Below are positions 14,865-28,456 of a stretch of 64,000 nt of DNA, piece after piece. Origin of the DNA: Neocallimastix sp. 'constans' (Eukaryota); assembly GCA_050613775.1 (NCBI GenBank), contig JBODTK010000154.1, forward strand, positions 124,001-188,000. Direction: 5' to 3'. The translations under genes and the position numbers were made by a program. The notes under the pieces were generated by a model. It worked only from the letters and a program-made list of their open reading frames with translations, had not been told where the DNA came from and did no database searches. Position 1 is the first letter of the stretch. Each line of letters opens with the position of its first letter.

Positions 14865-16307
14865 TTAGAGAGGTGGATTAGCATTCTTAATACCTTGTTC
14901 AAAGTGCTTTTGGAACCATTGACCGGCTTCTGGTGCTGGCTTCATAGCAGTTTCATGACCACAGTAACCATCGAAACGAGCTGCACTTTCATCAGAAGTA
15001 CCATCGGATTCACCAAGTGGCTTAATCCAGTAGAAAGCATCAAGATAATCCATACCAGAAACTGGACTGGCTTGTGGTCTGGCTCCAACTCCAACACCAG
15101 TTTGGTTACACCATTCTCCTGGATGCTTACGATCAACCTTCTTACCATTACGAGAACTATCAGAAACGAAGTAAACAGATTTGATACCTGCTGATTTGAA
15201 GTCCTTAGAAATAGCTTCTAAGTATCTCTTTTCATCTGGGCATGGGTTCCATTCGGTTTCTGGTCCACGAGAAAGAGTTGGATCTTCCCATGGAGTGTAG
15301 TTAGAAACATTATCAGTGAAACCACGAACATTACCTGGAGCACCAGAACTAATAACCTTGGCATAAACTTTACCAGCCTTTTCACGATTATCATCCCAAC
15401 CTAACCAGAAAGCGTGACCAATATCAAGATACATAGCAACATGTGGAAGAACACCAAGCTTCTTAATTAAATAAGCATGTCCTTCAAGATAATACTTTTC
15501 AGAATCAGCACAAGCTGGAGTAGATTCAAGGTTAGTAACTAAGTTAGCAAGTGAATCGGGTTCAACAATAAGAACAACTGGTTGAGATTTGTAAGTCTTT
15601 AAATGACCTTCAATAACGTCAATATATTCTGACTTGTAACGAGCTAAATCTCCATCATTGGCAAGAAGTTCACCGTTAGAAGCAAGAGCGTGACAATCAC
15701 GACCTGGTAAATCGTAAACAACGAAAACAGTTAAGATATCCTTACCACTAGATTGGTGTTGAGATTGAGCTCCTTGTAAATTAGATTCTAACCAACTTTG
15801 CATGTTCTTAATGGTATCTAACCAAATAGCATTAGAGTAAGTCTTCATCTTTTCAGCCTTAGCAATAAGAGAAGAATCTGACATTTGAGCAATAGCTCCA
15901 TCAACTTCTTCAACATAGTATGGATTGATGTAGAATTCAACACCCTTGAATGGATTACCAGAAATGGTGTATTGTTCATTAGATGGAGTAACATTACCAC
16001 CAGTAGTACCAGTTGGAATACCACACCAGTCACCATTTTCAACACCCCATTTACCTGAGGCATCGGTGTACCAAACTTCAGCATTTGAAGAAGAACAGCA
16101 TGGATAACCTTGAGAAAGAGACCAGCAAGTTGGAGCATCGGCAATACCACACCAATTACCGTTTTCTACACCCCACTTTCCATCATTATCGGTATAGACA
16201 ACTTCATTACCAGAACAGCATGGGTAACCTAATCTTTCTGAGAAACAAGCAGCAGAAGCCTTAGCGGCAAGAGCAGCAACTGCGGTTAAAGCAATAGAGG
16301 TCTTCAT
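14865..16307 (-). CDS. Dockerin x2 + GH6 cellobiohydrolase, copy 4 (480 aa)
   Basis: Intact ORF with the short linker variant. Confidence 0.96.
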   Translation of the reverse strand: MKTSIALTAVAALAAKASAACFSERLGYPCCSGNEVVYTDNDGKWGVENGNWCGIADAPTCWSLSQGYPCCSSSNAEVWYTDASGKWGVENGDWCGIPTGTTGGNVTPSNEQYTISGNPFKGVEFYINPYYVEEVDGAIAQMSDSSLIAKAEKMKTYSNAIWLDTIKNMQSWLESNLQGAQSQHQSSGKDILTVFVVYDLPGRDCHALASNGELLANDGDLARYKSEYIDVIEGHLKTYKSQPVVLIVEPDSLANLVTNLESTPACADSEKYYLEGHAYLIKKLGVLPHVAMYLDIGHAFWLGWDDNREKAGKVYAKVISSGAPGNVRGFTDNVSNYTPWEDPTLSRGPETEWNPCPDEKRYLEAISKDFKSAGIKSVYFVSDSSRNGKKVDRKHPGEWCNQTGVGVGARPQASPVSGMDYLDAFYWIKPLGESDGTSDESAARFDGYCGHETAMKPAPEAGQWFQKHFEQGIKNANPPL

Positions 16308-16426
16308 TTTATATATATTACTTATATAAAAAAAATTAATATTTAAAATATAACTTTGAAAAGATATTTTTATTGTAAATCAATACAAAATTTCAAATAT
16401 TATATATTTAATAATTTTTTTTAAAA

Positions 16427-16447
16427 AATTTTCTTCCAGAGAAAATT
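16427..16447 (-). promoter_or_regulatory. Conserved CTGGA-loop hairpin upstream of GH6 copy 4
   Basis: Reverse complement reads aattttct-ctgga-agaaaatt. Confidence 0.75.
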
Positions 16448-19272
16448 AAATACTATATTAAGTTTTATTTGATAAAAATGAAACAAAAAAATTTGTTCTT
16501 TTTATATATCTTTGAAAAAGTGGATATTTTAGTATATAAAAATAATATATTAATATATATTAATTAATTATGAATAATTATATTAAAGTATAATATGTAA
16601 TTAATCAATTTAAATGTACATCTTTTTTTTAATTAATATAAATTTTAATTTAGTATTTTCTTTTTTTTTTTAATTTATTTTTAAGTATTAAGGAGTACTA
16701 ACTTTATTAAATATTAAAATTTATTATATGAAAAAAAAAAAAAAAAAAAAAAAAAAGCTTTTTAATATTTTATAATTATTAAAATGTGTAATTATTGCTA
16801 CTTGTAAAAATCTGAAATTTAAATAATTGTTATTAATAGAATTATTATTATTATTTAAAACTATCTTAATTAATGCTAAACATCATCCTAATATTATATT
16901 TGTTTAGATATTAATTTTTATTAAAGGCTCTTTTTTTTTTTTTTTTATGTTATTCTTTTAAAATATATTTTTTAAAATATTTACTAAATTATAAGTTAAT
17001 AAATTTGTGAATGTGATATATAATATATATACTTCTATTTTCATTTAAAATTTTATTTCAGAAAAAAAATATTAAACTATTAAAATTAATAAATAAAAAA
17101 TGGTATAAGTTAATATTAATATTGCTTTTATAATTTAAATTTAAAAAAAAAAAAAATATTTCATATTCATATAATATACTAACTATGAAATTGAATTATG
17201 ATATAAAATAAAACTGAAATTTTTTTAGTTATACTCTAATATATTATTAATAATATATTTAAACATGATAATTAATAAACTCAATATTATATTTATAAAT
17301 AAGTATTTCAACAACTTTACAAACATTATAATATAAAAAGCATTCATATATATATTAAATATTGTTTAATTTTTTTTTTAATTATACATATATATTTCTA
17401 ATAATATTTATATTATTACATATCCTTATATTTTATATAAATGATATAAATAATTTATATTAGTTTTATTTCATAATTATTATATAAATTTATAATTCTA
17501 TTTTTTTAAATTATATATATATTTATTTTAATCATAAAGATTTTTTTTTATATATTATTACAAAATTATATTCATAATTATTTACTTTACATTAATATAA
17601 TTATTCCATATAAAATATGAATATTTAATAAAAAATTTTTTTCTTATACTTCATTTATGATAATATTTTCTTATTATTGCTATTATTAATATTATTACAA
17701 ATTTGTTATTATCTATTATTATGTTTTTACTAAAAATTACTATTACAATTTTGTTATTATTACAACTTTGATTGATATTATAATTATATTATTATTATTA
17801 TTATTTTTATTTTATTTTTATTATTAATATGATAATTATTATAGATTATTAAGTAAAATATATACATTAAAAAATCATAGAATTATCCATATTATTATTT
17901 TTTTGGTTTATAATATTTTGTTTACTTCGTTTTTTCTTTTTCTAAAAAAAAAAATAATAAAAAAAAAAAAAAAAAAGATAACCATTAGTTATATTCATTC
18001 AAAATAGAAACATTCAATCTTAATAATACTCGTAATTTCCATAAAAGTGACCAGGCAAAAGGAAACTATTATAAAAAGGGTTAATTTTTAATATTATATA
18101 ATATTTATGTTATATAGATATATTATAAATATATTATGTTGTTATTTATATGATATTAATATAATATTCCCTAAAATGTATTAACATAAAAACATTTGGT
18201 TAAAATTTTTTTCAAATACTTTCTTTATTTAATAATAATGTTTTTATTATTATAATTAATTATTTATTATTATGTAAATCATAATTATTAACTGAAAACT
18301 ATTTTTTTTTTTTTTTTAATTTTTTTATAATTTTTTGTATATTTTTTTTTTTAAAAAAAAATGATTAGCATTTACTATATTTATTCAGAATGGAAAATTT
18401 TAATCCTAATATAAATAGTAATTATAATAATAAATATTAAATATGAGTGGCGCCATTTCCTTAAATGTTATCCGGCAAACTGAAACTATAAAAAGGGTTA
18501 ATTTATTATATATAATATAATGAATCTAATTAAAACAAACAAACAAAAAAAAAAAAGGTACAACTATATTTGTTTTAAAATTGAAAAATAAAAATATAAA
18601 TAAAGTTTTTTTTTTTCTTTTTGGAAGATTTAAAAATTGATATGAGACAATAACATAAAAGTAAATTCAATAAATATAATTATTAAACTTTTAAAAAATT
18701 TATATGTATGTATTATAGTATTATAACATAAAAAAAAAATAAAATAATATAAAATAATTTATATTAAATGATAAAAATTATTATTTCATTGTTTCTCTTA
18801 ATGTAATAACATGTTTTTTTTTTTTTTTTTTAATAAATTATTAATATATATATTTTTTTGTTTATTAGTTTATTTATTAACTATAAACATTATTATTAGT
18901 ATATTATAAAAATATACTAATAACATAAATAATATATGTGTGATAACATAAATAATTTATTAAAATATATACCAATAATATAAGTAATATATGTGTGATA
19001 ACATAAATGATTTATTAAAATATATAATTTAATTATATACCTAATATATACATATTTAAAATAAAAAAAAAAAAAGAAATAAAATATTTGAATTATTTTA
19101 TTAATATTTATAATAAAAAAATTTATATCACATAATATTATTTATTTATATATTTATTTATTATTGATATGCGGGACTTTTATGTGCAATAATTTATAAG
19201 CAGTGGGTTTTAAATAATGGTAGTTTAGTAAATTTTATTAATAAAATTATAATATTCGTACAATTAAATAAT

Positions 19273-19532
19273 AATTCTAATTCCTAAAAATTTACAAGAG
19301 AGTTCTCTATTTCTAATATAAATAATTTAATTTATAAGAAATAGGTAATATATTAATTATATATTCTAATATATAGAACTATATAAATTTTATATGAAAT
19401 AAAGTATTATAATTATAATAATACATATTGAAATAAAATAAAATAAAATAATTATAATTATCAAAAAAGATATAAATTTAATATTATTATTAAATATACA
19501 AATATGTTACTACACATATTTGTTTTATATCA
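19273..19532 (+). repeat. Left arm of a ~260-bp inverted repeat (partner 23824-24089)
   Basis: aattctaattcctaaaaatttacaagagagttc... is the reverse complement of ...gaactctcttgtaaatttttaggaattagaatt. Confidence 0.85.
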
Positions 19533-19746
19533 TTATTTTTATTTTTGAAACTATCATCATAAATATATATTAATTTATTCATGTAATATTATCAACCAGA
19601 TATTATAAATCTATTCTAATTCTTGAAACCGTTATTATCATTTTTATTATTATAATAAGAAAAATTAAAAATTATTATTCATTAATAATTACAATATTTT
19701 ATAATTATTTATTAATATTTTAAATAGGATATTTATATCACATGAT

Positions 19747-19837
<91 letters not shown>

Positions 19838-21697
19838 GATTATCATCATGTATTAATTGATTTATGTAACATTATCAAACTTTAATAATTAATTATTCTA
19901 ATTCTTGAAACCATTATTAATTGTTTTTATTATTCTAATTCTTGAAACTCATTAATTGTTTTATTTATTCTAATTCATGAAACTATTATTATCAATTTTT
20001 TAAAGATAATTATATTGATAATATATCACAATAATTATTAATTAATATTGTTTTGATTACACCAACAAAAAAATTTTTTTTGCTTAAATATAATATGTCA
20101 GTCACATGTTTATCTTGATATTAAATTTTTTTAAAAAAAATTTTTTTTCGATTTATTATTATTATTATTCCTTTTATTTCCCTTTTATTATCAATTTTAA
20201 AATAAATTATTAACCATATAATTTATAACTTTATAATAAATAAATATACAGTTTACCTATATGAATATTTAAATATTTAATATTAAATAAAATAATAAAA
20301 AAGTTTTCTTTTCATTTTATATTTATATTTAATTATATTACATTAATATACCATAAAATGAAAAGAATTATCATAAAAATTTTTGAGTTTTTTCTGTTTT
20401 TATTTATTTATAAAATTAAGAAGAAAAATATATATATTAGTTATAGTATATTCTTTTAGTGTTTCATATATGCTGTTAAAATTTTTTTGAATTAAAAATA
20501 TTTATAAAAAAAATTTTTTTTATTAAAAAAATTAATAAAATATATTAGTTAAAAAAAATTTAAACCTTATTTTTATTCAATTTTAATGTTAATATAAATC
20601 ACTTCATCTTCCATTGTTCTTTTATTTTTATCATAATAATAGAATATTTTTAAATTGAAATTAAAAAATAAATGAAAGGAGGATTTATTTGTATAACAAT
20701 AAAATTTATTATATGAAAGAAAATATTATTTTAAACTTTATTATTAATTTTTTTTCATTAAATGAAAAGGCTATTCTATTTGTTTTATATAATTTTCTTA
20801 AATATTATCCAATAAAAATTATATAAATTATAATAATACAATATTTTTTTTTTAATTATTTTTATAAATTAAATTTTTTTCTTTTTTCAAAATGTATTAT
20901 CTTAATGTCGATCAAATATCTTTTTGTACAATGTAAAAAAAGATATTTTACTATAAAAAATTTTATTTTTATATAATTTAAGTTTATTAATAAATCTCAA
21001 AAATATTAAAATTACATTGAAAAATCAATATAATAATAAATAAATAATAAAAAAATAACAAATATAAAATAATAAATATATAATAAATAATAAATAATAA
21101 ATATATAATAAATAATAAATATATAATAAATAATAAATATATAATAAATAATAAATAATAAATAGTAATTAATATAAAATAATAAATAAATGAATATATA
21201 ATAAATAAAAAATGATAAATAATAATAAATTAATTAAATTAAACTAGGATAATCGTATTGAAAAATACTAATGATTTTAATTAATTTTTTTTTTTCAAAT
21301 TGGGAGAACATAATTAGATGGAAATTTTTAAAGATACATGAACTTTTATTTTATATTAAGTTTAATATAAAAAATAAATTATTTATAAAATATTTATTTA
21401 TTCATATTTAATTCTAATTGAAACTTTTTAATTTAAAAATTTTTAATAGTATCTAATATTGAATTAAGTATTATATGATTACACAATTATTTTTATTCCT
21501 TAATTACTATTGTAAGTATAATATAATTATATAACTTTATTTTATAAAAAAAATGGAACAAAAAACAGAATTCCCCTAAATATAATTTAAATATTATTTC
21601 ATATCATATTTCTTTAGAATATATAAAGGGTTTATTTTCTTCAATTTTATTTTCTTCTTTGTTTATTATTAAAATAATTTAATAATTATTAAACAAA

Positions 21698-21718
21698 AAT
21701 TTTCTCTGGAAGAAAATT
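21698..21718 (+). promoter_or_regulatory. Conserved CTGGA-loop hairpin upstream of GH6 copy 5
   Basis: aattttct-ctgga-agaaaatt. Confidence 0.75.
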
Positions 21719-21818
21719 AAAGGACAATAAAATTTGTTGTTTGAATTAAAATAAACTATAATTTGTATTGATTTACAAACTATTATTAAATAATTAAATA
21801 AATAAAATTTATTGAAAA

Positions 21819-23261
21819 ATGAAGACTTCTGTTGCTTTAACTGCTGTTGCTGCTCTTGCCGCTAAGGCTTCTGCTGCTTGTTTCTCAGAAAGATTAGGTT
21901 ACCCATGCTGTTCTGGTGATGAAGTTGTTTACACCGATAACGATGGAAAGTGGGGTGTAGAAAACGGTAATTGGTGTGGTATTGCCGATGCTCCAACTTG
22001 CTGGTCTCTTTCTCAAGGTTATCCATGCTGTTCTTCTTCAAATGCTGAAGTTTGGTACACTGATGCCTCAGGTAAATGGGGTGTTGAAAATGGTGACTGG
22101 TGTGGTATTCCAACTGGTACTACTGGTGGTAATGTTACTCCATCTAATGAACAATACACCATTTCTGGTAATCCATTCAAGGGTGTTGAATTCTACATCA
22201 ATCCATACTATGTTGAAGAAGTTGATGGAGCTATTGCTCAAATGTCTGACTCTTCCCTTATTGCTAAGGCTGAAAAGATGAAGACTTACTCTAATGCTAT
22301 TTGGTTAGATACCATTAAGAACATGCAAAGTTGGTTAGAATCTAATTTACAAGGAGCTCAATCTCAACACCAAAGTAGTGGTAAGGATATCTTAACTGTT
22401 TTCGTTGTTTACGATTTACCAGGTCGTGATTGTCACGCTCTTGCTTCTAACGGTGAACTTCTTGCCAATGATGGAGATTTAGCTCGTTACAAGTCTGAAT
22501 ACATTGATGTTATTGAAGGTCACTTAAAGACTTACAAATCTCAACCAGTTGTTCTTATTGTTGAACCCGATTCACTTGCTAACTTAGTTACAAATCTTGA
22601 ATCTACTCCAGCTTGTGCTGATTCTGAAAAGTATTATCTTGAAGGACATGCTTATTTAATTAAGAAGCTTGGTGTTCTTCCACATGTTGCTATGTATCTT
22701 GATATTGGTCACGCCTTCTGGTTAGGTTGGGATGATAACCGTGAAAAGGCTGGTAAAGTTTATGCCAAGGTTATTAGTTCTGGTGCTCCAGGTAATGTTC
22801 GTGGTTTCACTGATAATGTTTCTAACTACACTCCATGGGAAGATCCAACTCTTTCTCGTGGACCAGAAACCGAATGGAACCCATGCCCAGATGAAAAGAG
22901 ATACTTAGAAGCTATTTCTAAGGACTTCAAATCAGCAGGTATCAAATCTGTTTACTTCGTTTCTGATAGTTCTCGTAATGGTAAGAAGGTTGATCGTAAG
23001 CACCCAGGAGAATGGTGTAACCAAACTGGTGTTGGTGTTGGAGCCAGACCACAAGCCAGTCCAGTTTCTGGTATGGATTATCTTGATGCTTTCTACTGGA
23101 TTAAGCCACTTGGTGAATCTGATGGTACTTCTGATGAATCCGCAGCTCGTTTCGATGGTTACTGTGGTCATGAAACTGCTATGAAGCCAGCACCAGAAGC
23201 CGGTCAATGGTTCCAAAAGCACTTTGAACAAGGTATTAAGAATGCTAACCCACCACTCTAA
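21819..23261 (+). CDS. Dockerin x2 + GH6 cellobiohydrolase, copy 5 (480 aa)
   Basis: Intact ORF; the protein differs from copy 4 at about two N-terminal residues. Confidence 0.96.
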   Translation: MKTSVALTAVAALAAKASAACFSERLGYPCCSGDEVVYTDNDGKWGVENGNWCGIADAPTCWSLSQGYPCCSSSNAEVWYTDASGKWGVENGDWCGIPTGTTGGNVTPSNEQYTISGNPFKGVEFYINPYYVEEVDGAIAQMSDSSLIAKAEKMKTYSNAIWLDTIKNMQSWLESNLQGAQSQHQSSGKDILTVFVVYDLPGRDCHALASNGELLANDGDLARYKSEYIDVIEGHLKTYKSQPVVLIVEPDSLANLVTNLESTPACADSEKYYLEGHAYLIKKLGVLPHVAMYLDIGHAFWLGWDDNREKAGKVYAKVISSGAPGNVRGFTDNVSNYTPWEDPTLSRGPETEWNPCPDEKRYLEAISKDFKSAGIKSVYFVSDSSRNGKKVDRKHPGEWCNQTGVGVGARPQASPVSGMDYLDAFYWIKPLGESDGTSDESAARFDGYCGHETAMKPAPEAGQWFQKHFEQGIKNANPPL

Positions 23262-23823
23262 ATAAATTATGAAGTTTAGAAGTTTAAATGAGTATAATAA
23301 CGATTTTAATCGAAACAACAATTTTATATTAAAAATTTTTTTTAAATTATGAAAGAGAAAATAGTAAAAAAAATTAAAAAATAAAAAATAAAAAATATAG
23401 GCTTGTTGAAATAAATTAACAGTTCTATTTTCAATAAAAAAAGAATACAAAAAATATAGAAAAAATCATAATCATAATTAATTATTATTAAAATAAATAA
23501 TATTAAATATAGTTTTTGATTTTGTTGCTAAAATAAATAATAAAGAGATTAAATAAAAGAAAATGAAATGTAACAAAAAAAAATAATAAATAAATAAAAA
23601 ATAAAATAAATAATAAAAATTTTGAATTAATGTTTTTATATTATTATATTATGGAATATTTTAATTTTTGTTGTTGAAGTACGTAATATTGAAAATAATG
23701 GAAATTACTGAATTTTAATACTTTTCAAAATAACTATATTTTTTATAATTTGAATAAGATATTAATTAAATTAACTAATATATATGTATTTCAAGTTGTT
23801 AGATCTCATAAACAATATCACTT

Positions 23824-24089
23824 TGATATAAAACAATAACATATTTGTATATTTAATATTAATTATTAAATATTAAATTTATATCTTTTTGATAATAATT
23901 ATTTTATTTTATTTTATTTCAATATACATTATTATAATTATAATAATTATAATACTTTAATTCATATAAAATTAATATAGTTCTATATATTAGAATATAT
24001 AATAAATATAATACCTATTTCTTATAAATAGATTAGATTATTTATATTAGAAATAGTGAACTCTCTTGTAAATTTTTAGGAATTAGAAT
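23824..24089 (-). repeat. Right arm of the inverted repeat flanking GH6 copy 5
   Basis: Reverse complement aligns with 19273-19532 with small indels. Confidence 0.85.
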
Positions 24090-24529
24090 TTGATAGGTAT
24101 TATATATGTAGAAAGTGAACCTGATGTTATATATTGTTTTAAACTGGATATGTAGTAACATAGGAGTTGTATAATTAATAATATCATGTACTTTCTACAT
24201 ATTATCATTGTAATGAAATCTATTGTATTTTGTCCTTTAGCATTAATTTGTATATGTATTTTTCTACAGTATTATTTAAACTCTCATGCATCTATTGTAA
24301 AATGGAAATGTAGGAGATTAATTCACTCCAATGCTTGTGTTTAAGACATTATTTTACGGATGGGAATCTTTTTATAGTCATTCCTTACTTCCTTCTTATT
24401 CTAATATTTTAGAATATGAAAATTTCATAAACAGGTATTTTATATATTCCTTCTTGGTGGAATTTCAAGCTTTAGATGAGCTACAATTCAATACTAGGGA
24501 ACCGAGACAAGTAAACAACACTTAAACAG

Positions 24530-25632
24530 CTGACAAGGGGTCCATTGTTCCGTTATATTGTAGGACTTTCACATTATCTTGCTAAAACCAGTACCTATCA
24601 CATTAGTAACTCTCTTGTGTTACTTTATGATCGATTTAGTAAGAAATACCAAGAGAGCCAATATCCTTCCGGTAAGGCTTAAGAACAATACTATTAGTAT
24701 TCCTATTATATATATTTTTCAGACACCAGTACTAATAGTCTAAGTTTCTTTTACCGAATTTATAGAAAGTAATTCTTCAAGAATCTTTTTGTATTTTCAA
24801 GGAATAGTTTAGTGAACACCTCACTATTTATTTCAAAGATGTTACTTCTTTGTTTTATTATTTTAGATCTAACTTGTTATCATGTTACGACACATAGTAA
24901 ACATCACACCGAATTTTTTTTAACTTTTGAACTCATTTATATTCGTTACATTAAATTTTCTAATTAAAATTTGTTTATGTTTAATTTTTTTTTCTTGTCA
25001 TACTTAATCTTTTACATACATTTCATTTTTTTTTTTATCTTTAAATTATATAATGTATTGTTTTTAATAAATATAATACATAAAAATATATTAATCTATT
25101 TAATAAAGCACTCTAAGTGTATTCTCTTCCAAGTCCAAAGAAAAAAATAATTAAGAAAATCTCTGAGTTTTCTTACTCTCCTTCCTAATCTTCTGTGCAC
25201 ACTTAAAATAAAATAGATAATGTTCTAGTATCCCAAGAAAATCAAATCAATTGTTTTGAGGAACGCAATGAAGAACTCGCCTCTGATATAACCAGTAACA
25301 CTCTTAATGAAAATTATTGGAATCAAATACTAAGTAATTCTTCTCCTCAGGAATCATGGGGACATTAATCAGTCAATTTCAATGTCAGAAATGAACTTCA
25401 CTGTTCTTTTAATGAAAAAATAACAAAGTGCCTAGTTCCTGATGTTGAACCATCAATATTTTTTAAAAGCATTTTCATTTTTCAATTCTGAGAGTAACAT
25501 ATCTTCTCAAGACGATTCTAATTAAAAGGTTACTTGTTCTGATTGTGTAAAGTGTCTATTTTTATTATTTAATAAAATTTGGGATAGTGACTTTAACAGA
25601 TGAATGAAATTCTACATCTTTTGTTTCTATTC

Positions 25633-25686
<54 letters not shown>

Positions 25687-25995
25687 ATCTTTTCCTATTG
25701 TAATATTTATTGTGGTATTTCATTCATCAATACAGAATTGAAGATTCTGTCAAAAAATCCGGGATAATGCTTTTTCTCATGAATATTAGACCAGAATAGT
25801 TTGGATTTAGAAATAAAGAAGAATACTATCAGTTTATTTATTTCAATTCATGAAATTTGTCAATGAAGAAAATTGAATAATATATTTACCATTTCTTGTC
25901 TTTCTTGACCTCAAAAAAAAAAACTTATAACTCTGTTTTAATATATTTATCAATGACGTACTTCATATATACATAAGATATGGTGTAATTGCTGA

Positions 25996-26037
<42 letters not shown>

Positions 26038-26416
26038 GTGTCGTTGCCTTATTATTCACTCGTAAAAAAATCTCTCAAATAAAGTTCATAATTGAGGTAT
26101 TAAAAAAATGAAAATGACTTTTGGACTTAATAAATGCATTATCCTAGTTGTTAAACAAATGAACTTTATAGCTCACGATATTACAAAAAATCGTATATTC
26201 AAATTTAATATGAACTATTCTACGAACACTAATCAATATACATATTATTGGACACTTAGGACTTATTATTGCTAAAATAAATAGTCGAAATTAATTATAT
26301 AGTAAACTCATTTTTTAATTTTTAACAAATAGGAACGTATCTTTTCATTTTAAAACTTGTATCTTTGTTACATTTGTCCTTTGTTCAATTTTTTACTATT
26401 CTCCTATACTAAAATC

Positions 26417-26452
<36 letters not shown>

Positions 26453-27180
26453 CCAATTTATAATATGTCTAAGGAACTATTTATACCTTCTATTGTATAA
26501 TTTTGGTACAAACTCAATGATTTAATTTTTAAAAAGAAAAAAAAAAAAAAAAAAAAAAAAAAATAGAAAGAGTTCTATTATATCATTTTTATCAATTTTA
26601 ATTCAGTCAAAAATATTCCAGTATTTTCACACTATTCTAGCACGTAGATTAACATTACATAGACATAATAATAAATTCCCTGGAGAAATACAAAGATATT
26701 ACAGGGTAAATCTTCATTATACAGAGTAATCCCTGCAATTGGATGATTTAAATAAAAAGAAATATAAATTTTTATTTTTAAAAAATTTATTTAACATCTA
26801 TCTCTAAAATATTTATTTTTTTTTTTTCTCTTGGATTTTTCTGGATTGAATATATTAAATATGGATTAAAACTTGATCTGAAACCTTATATTAAAATAGC
26901 AATTTGGAAATTGGAAAATTGCCCAACATACTCTCCTTATTATAGTAAAAGTGACAGTTTACCTAGTTTTACACACACTGAATACTTTTTTATATCCTAA
27001 ATTTGAAGAATTTAGGCGACAATTCAATTCAATTCAATTTATTGCTGAAATTTTTTTTTATTAGTTTTTCTCTGATTGCTCATAGATAAATAGAAATCAT
27101 TGAGCATTTCAGATGATAATAAGGAAGTTTTTGATGATAATATTAATTTTTACATACTTTGTCACCTTCTTTTAAAAGTA
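24530..27180 (+). mobile_element. Heavily decayed non-LTR retrotransposon (LINE) with reverse transcriptase relic
   Basis: Broken frames recover RT motifs: a KAPGPDG-like segment (~25420), SIPKK(polyA)GDL..CNIYCGISFINTELKILSK (~25625-25755), PE*FGFRNKEE (~25790), FLVFLDLKK..YNSV (~25890) and MTFGLNKC (~26113). A C-terminal Cys-knuckle remnant (CPTY...PKFEEFR) lies at ~26920-27016. Confidence 0.8.
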
Positions 27181-27365
27181 TTATTAATTAAATCAATAGT
27201 ATATTCATTGTTTAAATATATATCATAGAGTTTTTTTCTTTTTCTTTTTTTTTTTTTTTTCTATTATTATTATTATCAATTTTATTAGACATAACTAATA
27301 TAACAAAATAAAATAAAAAAAAATTAATTCAAAGCTTCATTGAATAATTTTTTATTTTTATTTTT

Positions 27366-27410
<45 letters not shown>

Positions 27411-27630
27411 AAATCATTCTCCAAAACTTACTAAATAAAAGAAATTATTATTTTAAAAATTCATTATTTTCCATTCTTAATATTAAAAAATAACTAATGT
27501 TTCCTCAACAAAAAAAAAAAAAAAAAAAAAAAAAGCAAAACAATCAAATATCAAAATATTTTTTTTTTTTTTTTTTGATATTAAACAATAATAACTTTCA
27601 ATAACTTACTTATCCTATTTAAAGACTTTA

Positions 27631-27710
<80 letters not shown>

Positions 27711-28456
27711 TATACCAAGAAGAGAATTACATTTTACTTATGGTTTTATTACACAAATTATGTAAATTACATATAAATATATATATATATATATATTCAT
27801 GTTAATATAATAAGAATATAATTTTGTTTTTTAGTTCTTTTTTTTTTTTTTTTTTTTTTTTGTCTTTGCTTTTTATTTTATTTTTTATTTATTTATAAAA
27901 TATATGTAGTAATTTTTTTTTTTTTTTTTTACAATAATTTACTTTATATAAATATTTATTTTATTTTATTTTTTTTTTTTTTTTTTTTCTTTTTTTTAAT
28001 CTATGAAACTATATATAAATTATAAATAATATATTAAAATAAAAACAATAATAAATAAATATTAAAATAAATATTAATAACTAATTAAATTTAATTTTTT
28101 TTTGTTGTTATTGTTGCTATTTACTACTAAAATTACTATATTATTTTTTTAACATAAATAAATTTATTATAAAAAAAAAAATTAATAATAATAAAATTAT
28201 ATAAAAAAAATTAGATTTATTTATAATATTGATATTTATTTATAATATATATTTATAAAATAATAAATTTTATTAAAATATCGAAAAAAAATATATATAT
28301 GAAGAAATAAAAAAAAAAAAAAAAAAAAGATATAATATTAAAACAACTAAATATAATAAAATATATACTTTAAATAGTTTATAAAAAAAAAAGTTTATAA
28401 AATATAGTATATTTTAAAAAGAAAAAAAAATAGGATACAAAATTAGAGTTTATATT

